Source: a virus. From it: a stretch of DNA of 64,000 bases. Positions 38,649 to 47,152 of this stretch are shown here, in pieces. The notes under the pieces were generated by a model. It was not told the origin of the DNA and ran no database searches. It saw only the letters and a program-made list of their open reading frames with translations. The first letter of the stretch is position 1. The number at the start of each line of letters is the position of its first letter. The translations under genes and the position numbers were made by a program. The stretch lies in the IMG/VR virus record IMGVR_UViG_3300026544_000002, positions 1-64,000 of that record, one strand, 5' to 3'.

Positions 38649-39176
38649 ATGATAAAAATAGCTTTAGTAGGACCTGCTTGTTCAGGAAAAACATCTGCAT
38701 ATGAATATATAAAAAAATTATGTGATGAAAAAAATATATATTTATTAAAATTTGCTCAACCTCATTATGACGTATTAGCCATATTACACCAAGAAAAACA
38801 TAGACCATTTTTACAAGAATTTAGTGATCTTGCTAAAGAACATTTTGGCGAAGATATTTTTGTAAAAATATTTGAAGAAAAAGTAAATGATATTTCGCAA
38901 GATAATATTGGTATTTTAATATGTGATGATTTAAGATATTTAATTGAATATGATTCATGTTATTTTTATGATTGGAATTTTATTTATATAGACGCACACG
39001 AATCAATTCGAAAAGAACGTTCTGATAAATTAGGTTTGAAATGGAATCCTAAACACAATTCTGAACAATGTCATGTATTCAAAGATAAATGTGCAATTCA
39101 GATTGAAAACAATGATTTATTAGATGATTTTTTGAATAAAATAGAATCAGTTTTTCATAATATAATAAATCAATAA
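38649..39176 (+). CDS. deoxynucleoside monophosphate kinase-like P-loop kinase
   Basis: GPACSGKTS, KFA, RPFLQ, ICDDLRY, HNSE. Confidence 0.8.
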   Translation: MIKIALVGPACSGKTSAYEYIKKLCDEKNIYLLKFAQPHYDVLAILHQEKHRPFLQEFSDLAKEHFGEDIFVKIFEEKVNDISQDNIGILICDDLRYLIEYDSCYFYDWNFIYIDAHESIRKERSDKLGLKWNPKHNSEQCHVFKDKCAIQIENNDLLDDFLNKIESVFHNIINQ

Positions 39177-39191
39177 AGGAATTTTATTAAC

Positions 39192-39566
39192 ATGGGAAAA
39201 GAAAAAATTGATTGGATAACACTTTTGAATATAGATATAGATAAAAAAAGATTTTTGAGAATTTTTAGAAAAGAATTAATACAACATCCAGATTTACTTC
39301 CATATATTTTAACGATTGCATCAGGTGCTGCAATCGATTTCGAAACAAAATGCAAAACAGAAAATGATAATACATTGAGAAATGCATTAGGTGATGCTGT
39401 TCATCTTTTAGCTATGGATAAAAAACCATCATTAAAATATATGTCAAAAAATTATTGTCAAAGAATTAAAAAAGCATTATATCCAAATGGTATTTCTAAT
39501 TATCATCATCAAGGAGAAAAAATGTTCTTTAAAAAAATGAATTGGGATAAAGATGAGGTAACATAA
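39192..39566 (+). CDS. hypothetical protein
   Basis: AAGGA RBS. Confidence 0.65.
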   Translation: MGKEKIDWITLLNIDIDKKRFLRIFRKELIQHPDLLPYILTIASGAAIDFETKCKTENDNTLRNALGDAVHLLAMDKKPSLKYMSKNYCQRIKKALYPNGISNYHHQGEKMFFKKMNWDKDEVT

Positions 39567-39973
39567 TGGATACTCCATATATAAATTTAAAATTAACAAT
39601 TAATCAAGCTCGTTTATTATCAAGAACATGTGAATTAGTTAGCAGATTACATATGGGGCAAACAGATGTTTTAATGGATATTTCATCTAATGCAAATTGG
39701 GATAATTGTTTATTAGTTAAAAAAATATTATTTCCAGAATTTCAATCTGGTGGTTATTATGGAATTAACAGCAATGAAATATCTGATGAAGCACGACAAT
39801 TAACAGATATAAAACATGTTGTGCGACATCATTTAGCATGGAGAGAACAGAAAAATACACCAGAAACAAGAAAATGGCCAGAACAATTAGGGGTTCATTT
39901 TGATACTCCTAGTCGATATAGTCATAAAGAACCATTGCCAGAAATAGAAGAAGTTGATGTTAGAAAAGATTAA
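39566..39973 (+). CDS. hypothetical protein
   Basis: GAGG RBS, TAATG coupling. Confidence 0.7.
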   Translation: MDTPYINLKLTINQARLLSRTCELVSRLHMGQTDVLMDISSNANWDNCLLVKKILFPEFQSGGYYGINSNEISDEARQLTDIKHVVRHHLAWREQKNTPETRKWPEQLGVHFDTPSRYSHKEPLPEIEEVDVRKD

Positions 39974-40016
39974 TTTTTAACTAAAATAGAATTTAATATT
40001 AAAAAGGAGATGAAGT

Positions 40017-40187
40017 ATGGCTAAAGAGAAAAAAATAGAAACCCTTCGTGAAAAATTGACATCAGCAGATAAATTCAAAAAGCATTGTGAAAATGCTGGT
40101 GTCGAAGCAACTACGAGACAATTGTCGAAATATCAGATGAAAAAAGGCAAAGTGTATCGTTCACAAGTTTTAAAAGAGACTGTATAA
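40017..40187 (+). CDS. small basic protein (56 aa, MAKEKKIETLREKL…), absent from ORF track
   Basis: AAGGAG RBS, ORF followed by a hairpin. Confidence 0.7.
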   Translation: MAKEKKIETLREKLTSADKFKKHCENAGVEATTRQLSKYQMKKGKVYRSQVLKETV

Positions 40188-40189
40188 AA

Positions 40190-40229
40190 TTAGAAGTGTG
40201 TGTAAAAATCTTTTTACACACACTTCTAA
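40190..40229. repeat. perfect 19-bp inverted repeat with 2-nt spacer
   Basis: TTAGAAGTGTGTGTAAAAA-TC-TTTTTACACACACTTCTAA. Confidence 0.9.
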
Positions 40230-40240
40230 ATAAGGAGAAT

Positions 40241-40558
40241 ATGGAAAATTTGAAATTAATCAAATCCGATTCTTTTGGGATATATGAAATTCCAGAAGCA
40301 ATTAATGATTTTCGTAAATTTTGGGAATGTAAATTTGAACAAGTTCCGAAAGAATATCAAGATTCTATCACAATCGATTTTATGTTTTATGATAGTTATG
40401 GTGCACCTGGTTTGGATGTAACTATTTATTATCAAAGAGAGAAAACAAAAGCAGAAATTGAAGATGAAAAGAAAAAATTTGATCATATACAAATGAAGAA
40501 AAGAAAACGACAGAGAGAAGAATATGATAGATTGAAAAAAATCTTCGAAGATGAATAA
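40241..40558 (+). CDS. hypothetical protein (start ATG 40241)
   Basis: AAGGAG RBS just after the palindrome. Confidence 0.7.
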   Translation: MENLKLIKSDSFGIYEIPEAINDFRKFWECKFEQVPKEYQDSITIDFMFYDSYGAPGLDVTIYYQREKTKAEIEDEKKKFDHIQMKKRKRQREEYDRLKKIFEDE

Positions 40559-40745
40559 TATGAAAATTACTATTGAACTATATCAAGGTCCAAATCATGA
40601 TCCAGAAGTTACAAAAAAAGATATTCAAAGAAACATCGAAACAATTGATAGATATTTAAATGGGAAACAAACTGCTAATGATTACATATCATTGTTGGAT
40701 ACACAATCTATTTTAATAAATATTCGGAAACAATTAAAGGATTGA
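40551..40745 (+). CDS. hypothetical protein
   Basis: Overlap-coupled ORF. Confidence 0.55.
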   Translation: MNNMKITIELYQGPNHDPEVTKKDIQRNIETIDRYLNGKQTANDYISLLDTQSILINIRKQLKD

Positions 40746-40746
40746 T

Positions 40747-41682
40747 ATGCAATTTTCAGAAATAGAAAATAATATCATTTTAGAATATCCAGTTGGGTCA
40801 CATTTATATGGTACAAATACCAAAGATTCTGATCAAGATTTTTCTGGTATTTTCATTGCTCCTATCGATTATTATTTTGGAATGAAAGATGTTAAGGAAA
40901 TAGATTTTTCAATAGCGTCAAAACATGAAAATGGAAAGAATGATAAAAATGCAATCGATAGAAAATTTTATGAATTAAAAAGATTCATAAAATTAGCTGC
41001 TGATAATAACCCCGCAATTATAGAACAATTATTTGTACCATTAGAAATATTAATCAATTCTACTTTTAGAGGATTAGCAATTTTAAATCACAAAGAAATA
41101 TTTCTACACAAAGGATTGTATCAGCGATTTCTTGGATATGCATATTCCCAAAAAAAGAAAATGATTGTTAAATTAGATAATCATGATAAATATGAACATG
41201 TGAAAAAAGTATTGGAGGAAGCAAATCCGACCGATACACTGCATCATGTTAAAAATATTCTCGGAAAATATTTTGATAAAGAACATATGGCAGTTGGTGA
41301 TATCAAAATACCTTTAGGTGTATTGAATAAAAAAGCATTATCGATTATTAATAAAAGATTTTCTAATATGTCACATAGGAAAGAATTGATTCGTAAACAT
41401 GGTTTCGATACGAAATTCGGTTCTCACCTAATTCGTTTGACGTTAGAAGGAATCGAATTGTTGGAAACAGGAAATTTGGTTTTTCCATTAAAAGAAAATA
41501 AATTAATTATAGATATAAAAAATGGGAAATATGATCTGAAAGTATTATTAGAATTATTCGATGAATTAGAAAATAGAATCAAAAAAGCAAAAGATAATTC
41601 AGAATTACCAAAGAAACCAGATTTTGATAGAATCAATAATTTATCTATTGATTTAATATCATCATTTTTTGATAATTGTTAA
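40747..41682 (+). CDS. Pol-beta superfamily nucleotidyltransferase (RlaP-like)
   Basis: VGSHLYGTNTKDSDQDFSGIF, NNPAIIE, GYAYSQ, GFDTKFGSHLIRL. Confidence 0.85.
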   Translation: MQFSEIENNIILEYPVGSHLYGTNTKDSDQDFSGIFIAPIDYYFGMKDVKEIDFSIASKHENGKNDKNAIDRKFYELKRFIKLAADNNPAIIEQLFVPLEILINSTFRGLAILNHKEIFLHKGLYQRFLGYAYSQKKKMIVKLDNHDKYEHVKKVLEEANPTDTLHHVKNILGKYFDKEHMAVGDIKIPLGVLNKKALSIINKRFSNMSHRKELIRKHGFDTKFGSHLIRLTLEGIELLETGNLVFPLKENKLIIDIKNGKYDLKVLLELFDELENRIKKAKDNSELPKKPDFDRINNLSIDLISSFFDNC

Positions 41683-41696
41683 AGGAGATTATTCTG

Positions 41697-41945
41697 ATGT
41701 TAGAAAAAAAAGATACATATAATTTAGGTTGTCGTGCAGAAGATATAATAACAGAATTTCAAGGTATTATTACAGGTTTTTGTAGATACATTACAGGATG
41801 TGATCAATATTTAATCACTCCTAAAGTAGATAAAGAAGGAAAACCCGTATCTGCAAAATGGTTCGATGAAAATAGAATTGAAATATTAGATTATGAACCT
41901 ATTGTTATCAACACTGGTATGAGTGAAGAAGCTCCTATTAAATAA
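41697..41945 (+). CDS. hypothetical protein (start ATG 41697)
   Basis: AAGGAG RBS. Confidence 0.65.
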   Translation: MLEKKDTYNLGCRAEDIITEFQGIITGFCRYITGCDQYLITPKVDKEGKPVSAKWFDENRIEILDYEPIVINTGMSEEAPIK

Positions 41946-41956
41946 GCATATTCGAT

Positions 41957-41996
41957 AAAATCCCCTCTTGATCAAAAATTCAAGAGGGGATTTTTT
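41957..41996 (+). terminator. intrinsic terminator
   Basis: AAAATCCCCTCTTGA-loop-TCAAGAGGGGATTTTTT. Confidence 0.88.
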
Positions 41997-42012
41997 ACGT
42001 TATGGAGTTTGA

Positions 42013-42333
42013 ATGAAAAAAATAATTCTCCAAGAAGAAAGAAATTTAGATGATGTGTTAAAAAGTGCTATCAGAACATTTCCAAATGGTTGTAATTTTC
42101 GATTAACAAAAGAAGCAAATGATAAATATTATCTTGAATATGGTTGTTATGGTGTTCTTGTTAATTTATTAACAGGAGATGAACGATTATTATACAAATG
42201 GTTTATTTCAAATAACAAAGAACAAATCAGAAAATGTTTATCAGATGTTGTTTCTTATGAAACTATATTGTTTTTATTAAAAAAAGAAACGTGTTCAGTC
42301 TGTGGTGGTATAAGATTTTTTAAAAAAAATTAA
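42013..42333 (+). CDS. hypothetical protein
   Basis: GGAG RBS. Confidence 0.65.
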   Translation: MKKIILQEERNLDDVLKSAIRTFPNGCNFRLTKEANDKYYLEYGCYGVLVNLLTGDERLLYKWFISNNKEQIRKCLSDVVSYETILFLLKKETCSVCGGIRFFKKN

Positions 42334-42343
42334 AGGAGATAAT

Positions 42344-42802
42344 ATGAAAAAATATAAATTACCTGTTTCATGGGAAGCATATGGTATATTACAAATAGAA
42401 GCAAAAGATGATATTGATTTTTTAACTAAAGTGAGAAATTATAAAATCAATAGCGATGAATTACCATTACCACAAGAATCTGATTATATAGATGGTTCTT
42501 TTAAAATAGAAGAAGAAGATGATATAATTTTAGAAATGAATAAAATTGAAATAACTGATATAGATGCAGCAAAAATTTATATCAAATCATATTTAGATTC
42601 ACATACAGAATATCCAGAAGACAAATGGGTGCAAATATCTAATGATAATGATTTAAATATGTGGATAACAGATGATACAAAAGCAAGAAAAGCAGCATTG
42701 TATCCAGTTAAAAATGGAAAAACAGATACATCTGTTTGGGTAAAAATTAACGTACGTGAATTAGAAAAGGAATGTAAAAATGTTGCTAAAAAAGATAGCT
42801 GA
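42344..42802 (+). CDS. hypothetical protein
   Basis: AAGGAG RBS. Confidence 0.7.
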   Translation: MKKYKLPVSWEAYGILQIEAKDDIDFLTKVRNYKINSDELPLPQESDYIDGSFKIEEEDDIILEMNKIEITDIDAAKIYIKSYLDSHTEYPEDKWVQISNDNDLNMWITDDTKARKAALYPVKNGKTDTSVWVKINVRELEKECKNVAKKDS

Positions 42803-43655
42803 TATAAAAGGACCTTTATTAACAGAAGAAAAATATGGACATGAATTTACTATTCGTGAAATTCTTGAATATTATTACAGTAGTAATGATATGACGAATT
42901 ACAAAGAATTAGCTGAAAAATATATTCAATGTCATGGATCATCAAATAAAACCGTTCAAGATTTAAGAGAAAAAAATAATGATATTATGTTTGGAGATTT
43001 GGATAAACACCCTTCATATGGAATGGTTTCTATTAGTAGAACTTCTTGTCATCCAAGTGTTCCTGCATATGGCAGTAAAATAAAACATAACACATTAATA
43101 TCATTAAAAGTTATGAGATCTGAAAAAAATCGTGATTTATATTCAGAACATTTTTTCTCAAAAAAAACTATTGTAGAATTATATTTTACACCATCACAAT
43201 TTGCACAAATGGTATCTAGTATAAATACATCAGGCGTACCATGTACATTACGATTCATTGAAGGTGAAGGTTGGTTAGAAGATACTCCTACGAATGATGT
43301 TAAAAGAGAAATGATAGATGATATTGATAGACAAATGGTTAAATTAAAATCAGTAATTGCTAAATTATCGAATGAAGCATCTGATTTACTTGAAAAAAAA
43401 GGAAATTTGAAAAAAGATGATAAAAATAATATATCATCTTTGTTAACTAGAATATATAATGAAATTAATTCAAATTTCGATTTTCTTAATAGATGTCAAA
43501 AAGAAAAATTAGAAGATACAGTAGCAGAAGCACAAGCACAAGTAGAGGCTACAATTAATAAAACTATTTCTGATTATGGGATGAATGGTATCAAAGAAAA
43601 AATGATAAGTTCATCGAAAATACATGATACGTTGGAGATATCTAATGAAGAATAA
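42780..43655 (+). CDS. hypothetical protein with C-terminal coiled coil
   Basis: AAGGA RBS; HPSYGMVSISR…SQFAQ…GVPCTL. Confidence 0.75.
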   Translation: MLLKKIADIKGPLLTEEKYGHEFTIREILEYYYSSNDMTNYKELAEKYIQCHGSSNKTVQDLREKNNDIMFGDLDKHPSYGMVSISRTSCHPSVPAYGSKIKHNTLISLKVMRSEKNRDLYSEHFFSKKTIVELYFTPSQFAQMVSSINTSGVPCTLRFIEGEGWLEDTPTNDVKREMIDDIDRQMVKLKSVIAKLSNEASDLLEKKGNLKKDDKNNISSLLTRIYNEINSNFDFLNRCQKEKLEDTVAEAQAQVEATINKTISDYGMNGIKEKMISSSKIHDTLEISNEE

Positions 43656-43893
43656 AATTTTAATAGAAGTATCTAGTGGAACAATTACAAATGTTAGAGC
43701 AACAAATAATGATATTGATGTACATATTATTGATCATGATATTGAAGATGATGATTATCCGACTGAAATAATGGAAGAATTTTATAGTAAACCGATTGAT
43801 TATTATGGTGATCCATTAACAGATGAAGAATTTACAAACATGTTAAATAATCTTATAGAAGATGCAAAAAAGCATATAGAGGAGGATTTATAA
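43624..43893 (+). CDS. hypothetical protein (start probably ATG 43645)
   Basis: GGAG before ATG 43645. Confidence 0.6.
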   Translation: MIRWRYLMKNKILIEVSSGTITNVRATNNDIDVHIIDHDIEDDDYPTEIMEEFYSKPIDYYGDPLTDEEFTNMLNNLIEDAKKHIEEDL

Positions 43894-44799
43894 ATGTCAT
43901 TTCTTACAGAATCCCTTGAGATGGGATTAGAAACAATTGATCATGGTTTATATGAATATCGTGATCGATATTCATCAGTTTGGTACGAGATATTGAGAGG
44001 TGTTACCAGACCTGATGAATTACCTTCATTGGCAATTTTCACAGGAGGACCGACTACACCAATTGATGATAGACAATATGTTGGAGCAGTTTCTACAGAA
44101 TACAAATTCTTTGGAAATGCAATGGCTGTTGATGCAGTTATGGAATCTGTTAATAATTTATCATCAGGAAATAATAATATTTCTGAAAAAACAATTTTTT
44201 CTGCCAATATGACTCAATTGTCATCCGAATTGATGATTATCAATCGTTCATCTAATTCAAATAGTAGAGAAATTGTTGTTCCAATGATCAATATTGAAAA
44301 TTCATATAATGGCACAAAAGCCGCTATGTATTCTTTTGGTATTGGTATTGTTGATGAAAATTTTAATTTGATTGGAAGTGTTTCTCTTAAAAAGAAAATT
44401 TCAAGCATGAGACAGATTCATATCATGTGTTCTAATACACAATTAGAATCAAATATTGGTAGTTATATTGATGTATTTAATACGAATATTACTGATTTGA
44501 TAAATGAAAATTTTGAAAAAGTTATTCCAGCAGAAGATGCAATGAAAGCATTGGGTATGGTAGAAAAGTTAGGAAAACGAAGATATGCAGCAGTTGTCCA
44601 TAATCTTGCCAATTTGACAAATAATGGAAACGAATTTGATGAAGATAATATTCCTCCGATTAATGCATGGAATATGTTTATGGCTATTGCTACTTATTCA
44701 TGTAAAGAAGAGAATATCAATGCGAAGAAAATGCTTGATAATATTGCAGAAAGAACATTGAACATTCCTACCAGAATGTTGTCTGCATTGAACGGATAA
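43894..44799 (+). CDS. DUF932-like protein
   Basis: VGAVSTEYK, INIENSYNGTKA, NAWNMF patterns; GAGGAGG-like RBS. Confidence 0.55.
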   Translation: MSFLTESLEMGLETIDHGLYEYRDRYSSVWYEILRGVTRPDELPSLAIFTGGPTTPIDDRQYVGAVSTEYKFFGNAMAVDAVMESVNNLSSGNNNISEKTIFSANMTQLSSELMIINRSSNSNSREIVVPMINIENSYNGTKAAMYSFGIGIVDENFNLIGSVSLKKKISSMRQIHIMCSNTQLESNIGSYIDVFNTNITDLINENFEKVIPAEDAMKALGMVEKLGKRRYAAVVHNLANLTNNGNEFDEDNIPPINAWNMFMAIATYSCKEENINAKKMLDNIAERTLNIPTRMLSALNG

Positions 44800-44807
44800 G
44801 AAGTACA

Positions 44808-44837
44808 AAAAAAGTCACTGAAATGGTGACTTTTTTT
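44808..44837 (+). terminator. intrinsic terminator
   Basis: AAAAAAAGTCAC-TGAAATG-GTGACTTTTTTT. Confidence 0.85.
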
Positions 44838-44959
44838 GTCTATTTATGCTCTAAAACGCTATATCATATATTCTTTTATACGACTATCACACTGTTTTTA
44901 TATATATTAATTAGTGATACCAAACGAATGATATTTTTAACTATATAAGGAGAAATAAA

Positions 44960-45250
44960 ATGACGAATTCGATAGCAGTAAAAAACGTGGTAGAAGTAGA
45001 ATTTGATTTTTCTTGTGATGTTGTTCTCGCAGGAGAAAAATCAAATATCTTTCAAGAAATCAAACTGACTGATTTTTATAATCGGTCGGTTTCTTTTAAC
45101 TTTTCGAAAGAGATGGTCTGTTCAAACAGAGATCTCTTTGAGAAGGTTAAAAGAAGTCAAGTAGCTGGTGGGTTGTTAACACCTAGCTACTTGACAAAAT
45201 TAGTTGAAGAAGCTGATGGCTTCTTCAACAGGCATTGTTTCGCATATTAA
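44960..45250 (+). CDS. hypothetical protein in a stand-alone cassette
   Basis: AAGGAG RBS, its own AT-rich upstream region and terminator. Confidence 0.7.
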   Translation: MTNSIAVKNVVEVEFDFSCDVVLAGEKSNIFQEIKLTDFYNRSVSFNFSKEMVCSNRDLFEKVKRSQVAGGLLTPSYLTKLVEEADGFFNRHCFAY

Positions 45251-45259
45251 ACAATGCCG

Positions 45260-45291
45260 AAAAATCTTCTCTCATCTGGAAGATTTTTTTT
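45260..45291. terminator. bidirectional terminator between convergent genes
   Basis: AAAAATCTTC…GAAGATTTTTTTT; a second hairpin GGCATTGTTT/AAACAATGCC lies at 45231-45258. Confidence 0.7.
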
Positions 45292-45293
45292 GT

Positions 45294-45704
45294 CTATTTT
45301 TCCATTACACTAAATTCCAAATCCTCTGGAAATATAATAAATAATTTGATATCATATTTATCACATAATACTTTGATACGATAAACAAATTTCATATCTT
45401 TCATCTCTTCGACAATCAATAAAACTGCTGGTTTCAATTTCATCATTTCTGCATAATACAAAGATTGTCCAATCGATTCTGCCCACTTTGAAGCAAAGTC
45501 AACTTCTATTGCATATTCATTTGTGACGATATCTACTCTCGTTCTATCAGGTAAAATATATTCAGTAGCAATAGCATCATTTTCATCTGCCCAATACATT
45601 TGATATATCTTTTCTTTATGTAAATGTTTTGCGTAAGAATTGGTAATAAGAATAGGAACATAATATTGTAGAAGTATGATTAATAGAATAATTATTTTTT
45701 TCAT
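45294..45704 (-). CDS. signal-peptide-bearing protein with PD-(D/E)XK-like nuclease motif
   Basis: MKKIIILLIILL…SYA leader; E…DRTRVDIVTNEYAIEVDF…KWAESIGQSLYY. Confidence 0.65.
   Translation of the reverse strand: MKKIIILLIILLQYYVPILITNSYAKHLHKEKIYQMYWADENDAIATEYILPDRTRVDIVTNEYAIEVDFASKWAESIGQSLYYAEMMKLKPAVLLIVEEMKDMKFVYRIKVLCDKYDIKLFIIFPEDLEFSVMEK
45654..45668 (+). promoter_or_regulatory. candidate late promoter AGG-AACA-TAATAT-TG for the 45773 operon
   Basis: Exact copy of the repeated 12-mer, about 105 nt upstream of ATG 45773. Confidence 0.6.
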
Positions 45705-45733
45705 GATTTCTCCAAATAAAAGATTATGATTAT

Positions 45734-45750
45734 TTCAATATTATGTTCCT
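45734..45750 (-). promoter_or_regulatory. candidate late promoter AGG-AACA-TAATAT-TG-AA for ORF 45294-45704
   Basis: Exact copy of the repeated motif, about 30 nt upstream of the ATG. Confidence 0.6.
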
Positions 45751-45772
45751 AATGAAAACAAGGTAAAAATAA

Positions 45773-47152
45773 ATGGCAAAATTAGTCAATGGTGGTGATC
45801 CAAAAATTCTACAAGTACCTACTGGATTTGTATTAGAATTAGTCATAGATGAATATGATTATGAACCAGATTTACAAAGTATGCGAATCATTTCAACATT
45901 TAATAGTCCATATCCAATGTTTATTTTTAATTTGAATATAAAACCTATTGAAATGATCCGTCATAAATTATTAGGGGATATAACAATAAATTTGACTATT
46001 CATATGAAAAATCATGACGGAACAGATATGCAATTTTCTCCTTTTACAGTTGATTTATTATATTTATCCGGTGAATATGAAGTCCCGATATCAAATCAAT
46101 TATTAAATAATGAAGAATCACTACAAGATCAAAAAGCATTTACAATAAGAGCTGTGCCAGAACATGCATATCGTGTAATGACATATAACATAAATAAAAT
46201 ATATAGAAATCAAAGTCCCCATAAAATTTTATTCGATATGATATCTGATTTGATTCCTGAATTCAATAGTTCAAGAACAGGTTTTAATATAAAAACAGAT
46301 ACAGCTGGTGCAAATAATATTCCTATTGAACAAATAATTTTACCTCCAACTGTTGTGAAAAATCATTGTGATTATTTATTAAATGAATTTGGTGTTTTTG
46401 ATGGATATGGTGTTTTTTATTCTAGTATAGGTCATGCTGATAATGATTATGAAGCATCTATAAATTATAAAATAATGAATATAACCGATAGATGGTTACA
46501 TTTTGATCCAGTTTTTAAAATAATCCAATTAGCAAACGACGAAGAAGATACAGATAAAATAACAAATAATTTTATATTAGGAAATTATACAGATTATTAT
46601 ATCTATACTGATGTAACTACTAAATATGTAGCAAATGGTGTTTATTCTGCTATTGGAAGAGATAATTATTATATAAACAAACCAATAGATAAATTCTATA
46701 GAATAGATAATATAGAAACAGATGAATATATCAATAGATATATTGATTACCCTGAATTAGCAGCTAGTATTTATGATAGAAAAAGATATATATCAAATCA
46801 TATATGTCACAATAGAGATATAGAAAACTATTCACAAATAGCAGTGAATAATCAATATGACGGAACTCCAATACAAGATGAATATTGGTTATCTGCTAAA
46901 TTGAACAAAGCAGTTTTTAATATGACTAGATTAAATGTCACTGTTAACAGAGATTTTCCATTACACTTATTCACAAATATTGGAGAACCAATTGAATTTG
47001 AATCAAGAACAAATGATTATGATAATTTAAATGGTAGATACATATTATTTTCTACAGATGTTACATTAAGAAGAGAACAAGGTGGATGGAAATCATCAGC
47101 TAATATAACTTTCACTAGACCAAATTGGAGCAGAGAACAGTTTAATGTCTAA
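45773..47152 (+). CDS. virion structural protein, possibly baseplate hub (gp27-like)
   Basis: First gene of the structural operon; C-terminal IGEPIEF…LNGRYILFS…SANITFTR pattern as in hub proteins. Confidence 0.45.
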   Translation: MAKLVNGGDPKILQVPTGFVLELVIDEYDYEPDLQSMRIISTFNSPYPMFIFNLNIKPIEMIRHKLLGDITINLTIHMKNHDGTDMQFSPFTVDLLYLSGEYEVPISNQLLNNEESLQDQKAFTIRAVPEHAYRVMTYNINKIYRNQSPHKILFDMISDLIPEFNSSRTGFNIKTDTAGANNIPIEQIILPPTVVKNHCDYLLNEFGVFDGYGVFYSSIGHADNDYEASINYKIMNITDRWLHFDPVFKIIQLANDEEDTDKITNNFILGNYTDYYIYTDVTTKYVANGVYSAIGRDNYYINKPIDKFYRIDNIETDEYINRYIDYPELAASIYDRKRYISNHICHNRDIENYSQIAVNNQYDGTPIQDEYWLSAKLNKAVFNMTRLNVTVNRDFPLHLFTNIGEPIEFESRTNDYDNLNGRYILFSTDVTLRREQGGWKSSANITFTRPNWSREQFNV

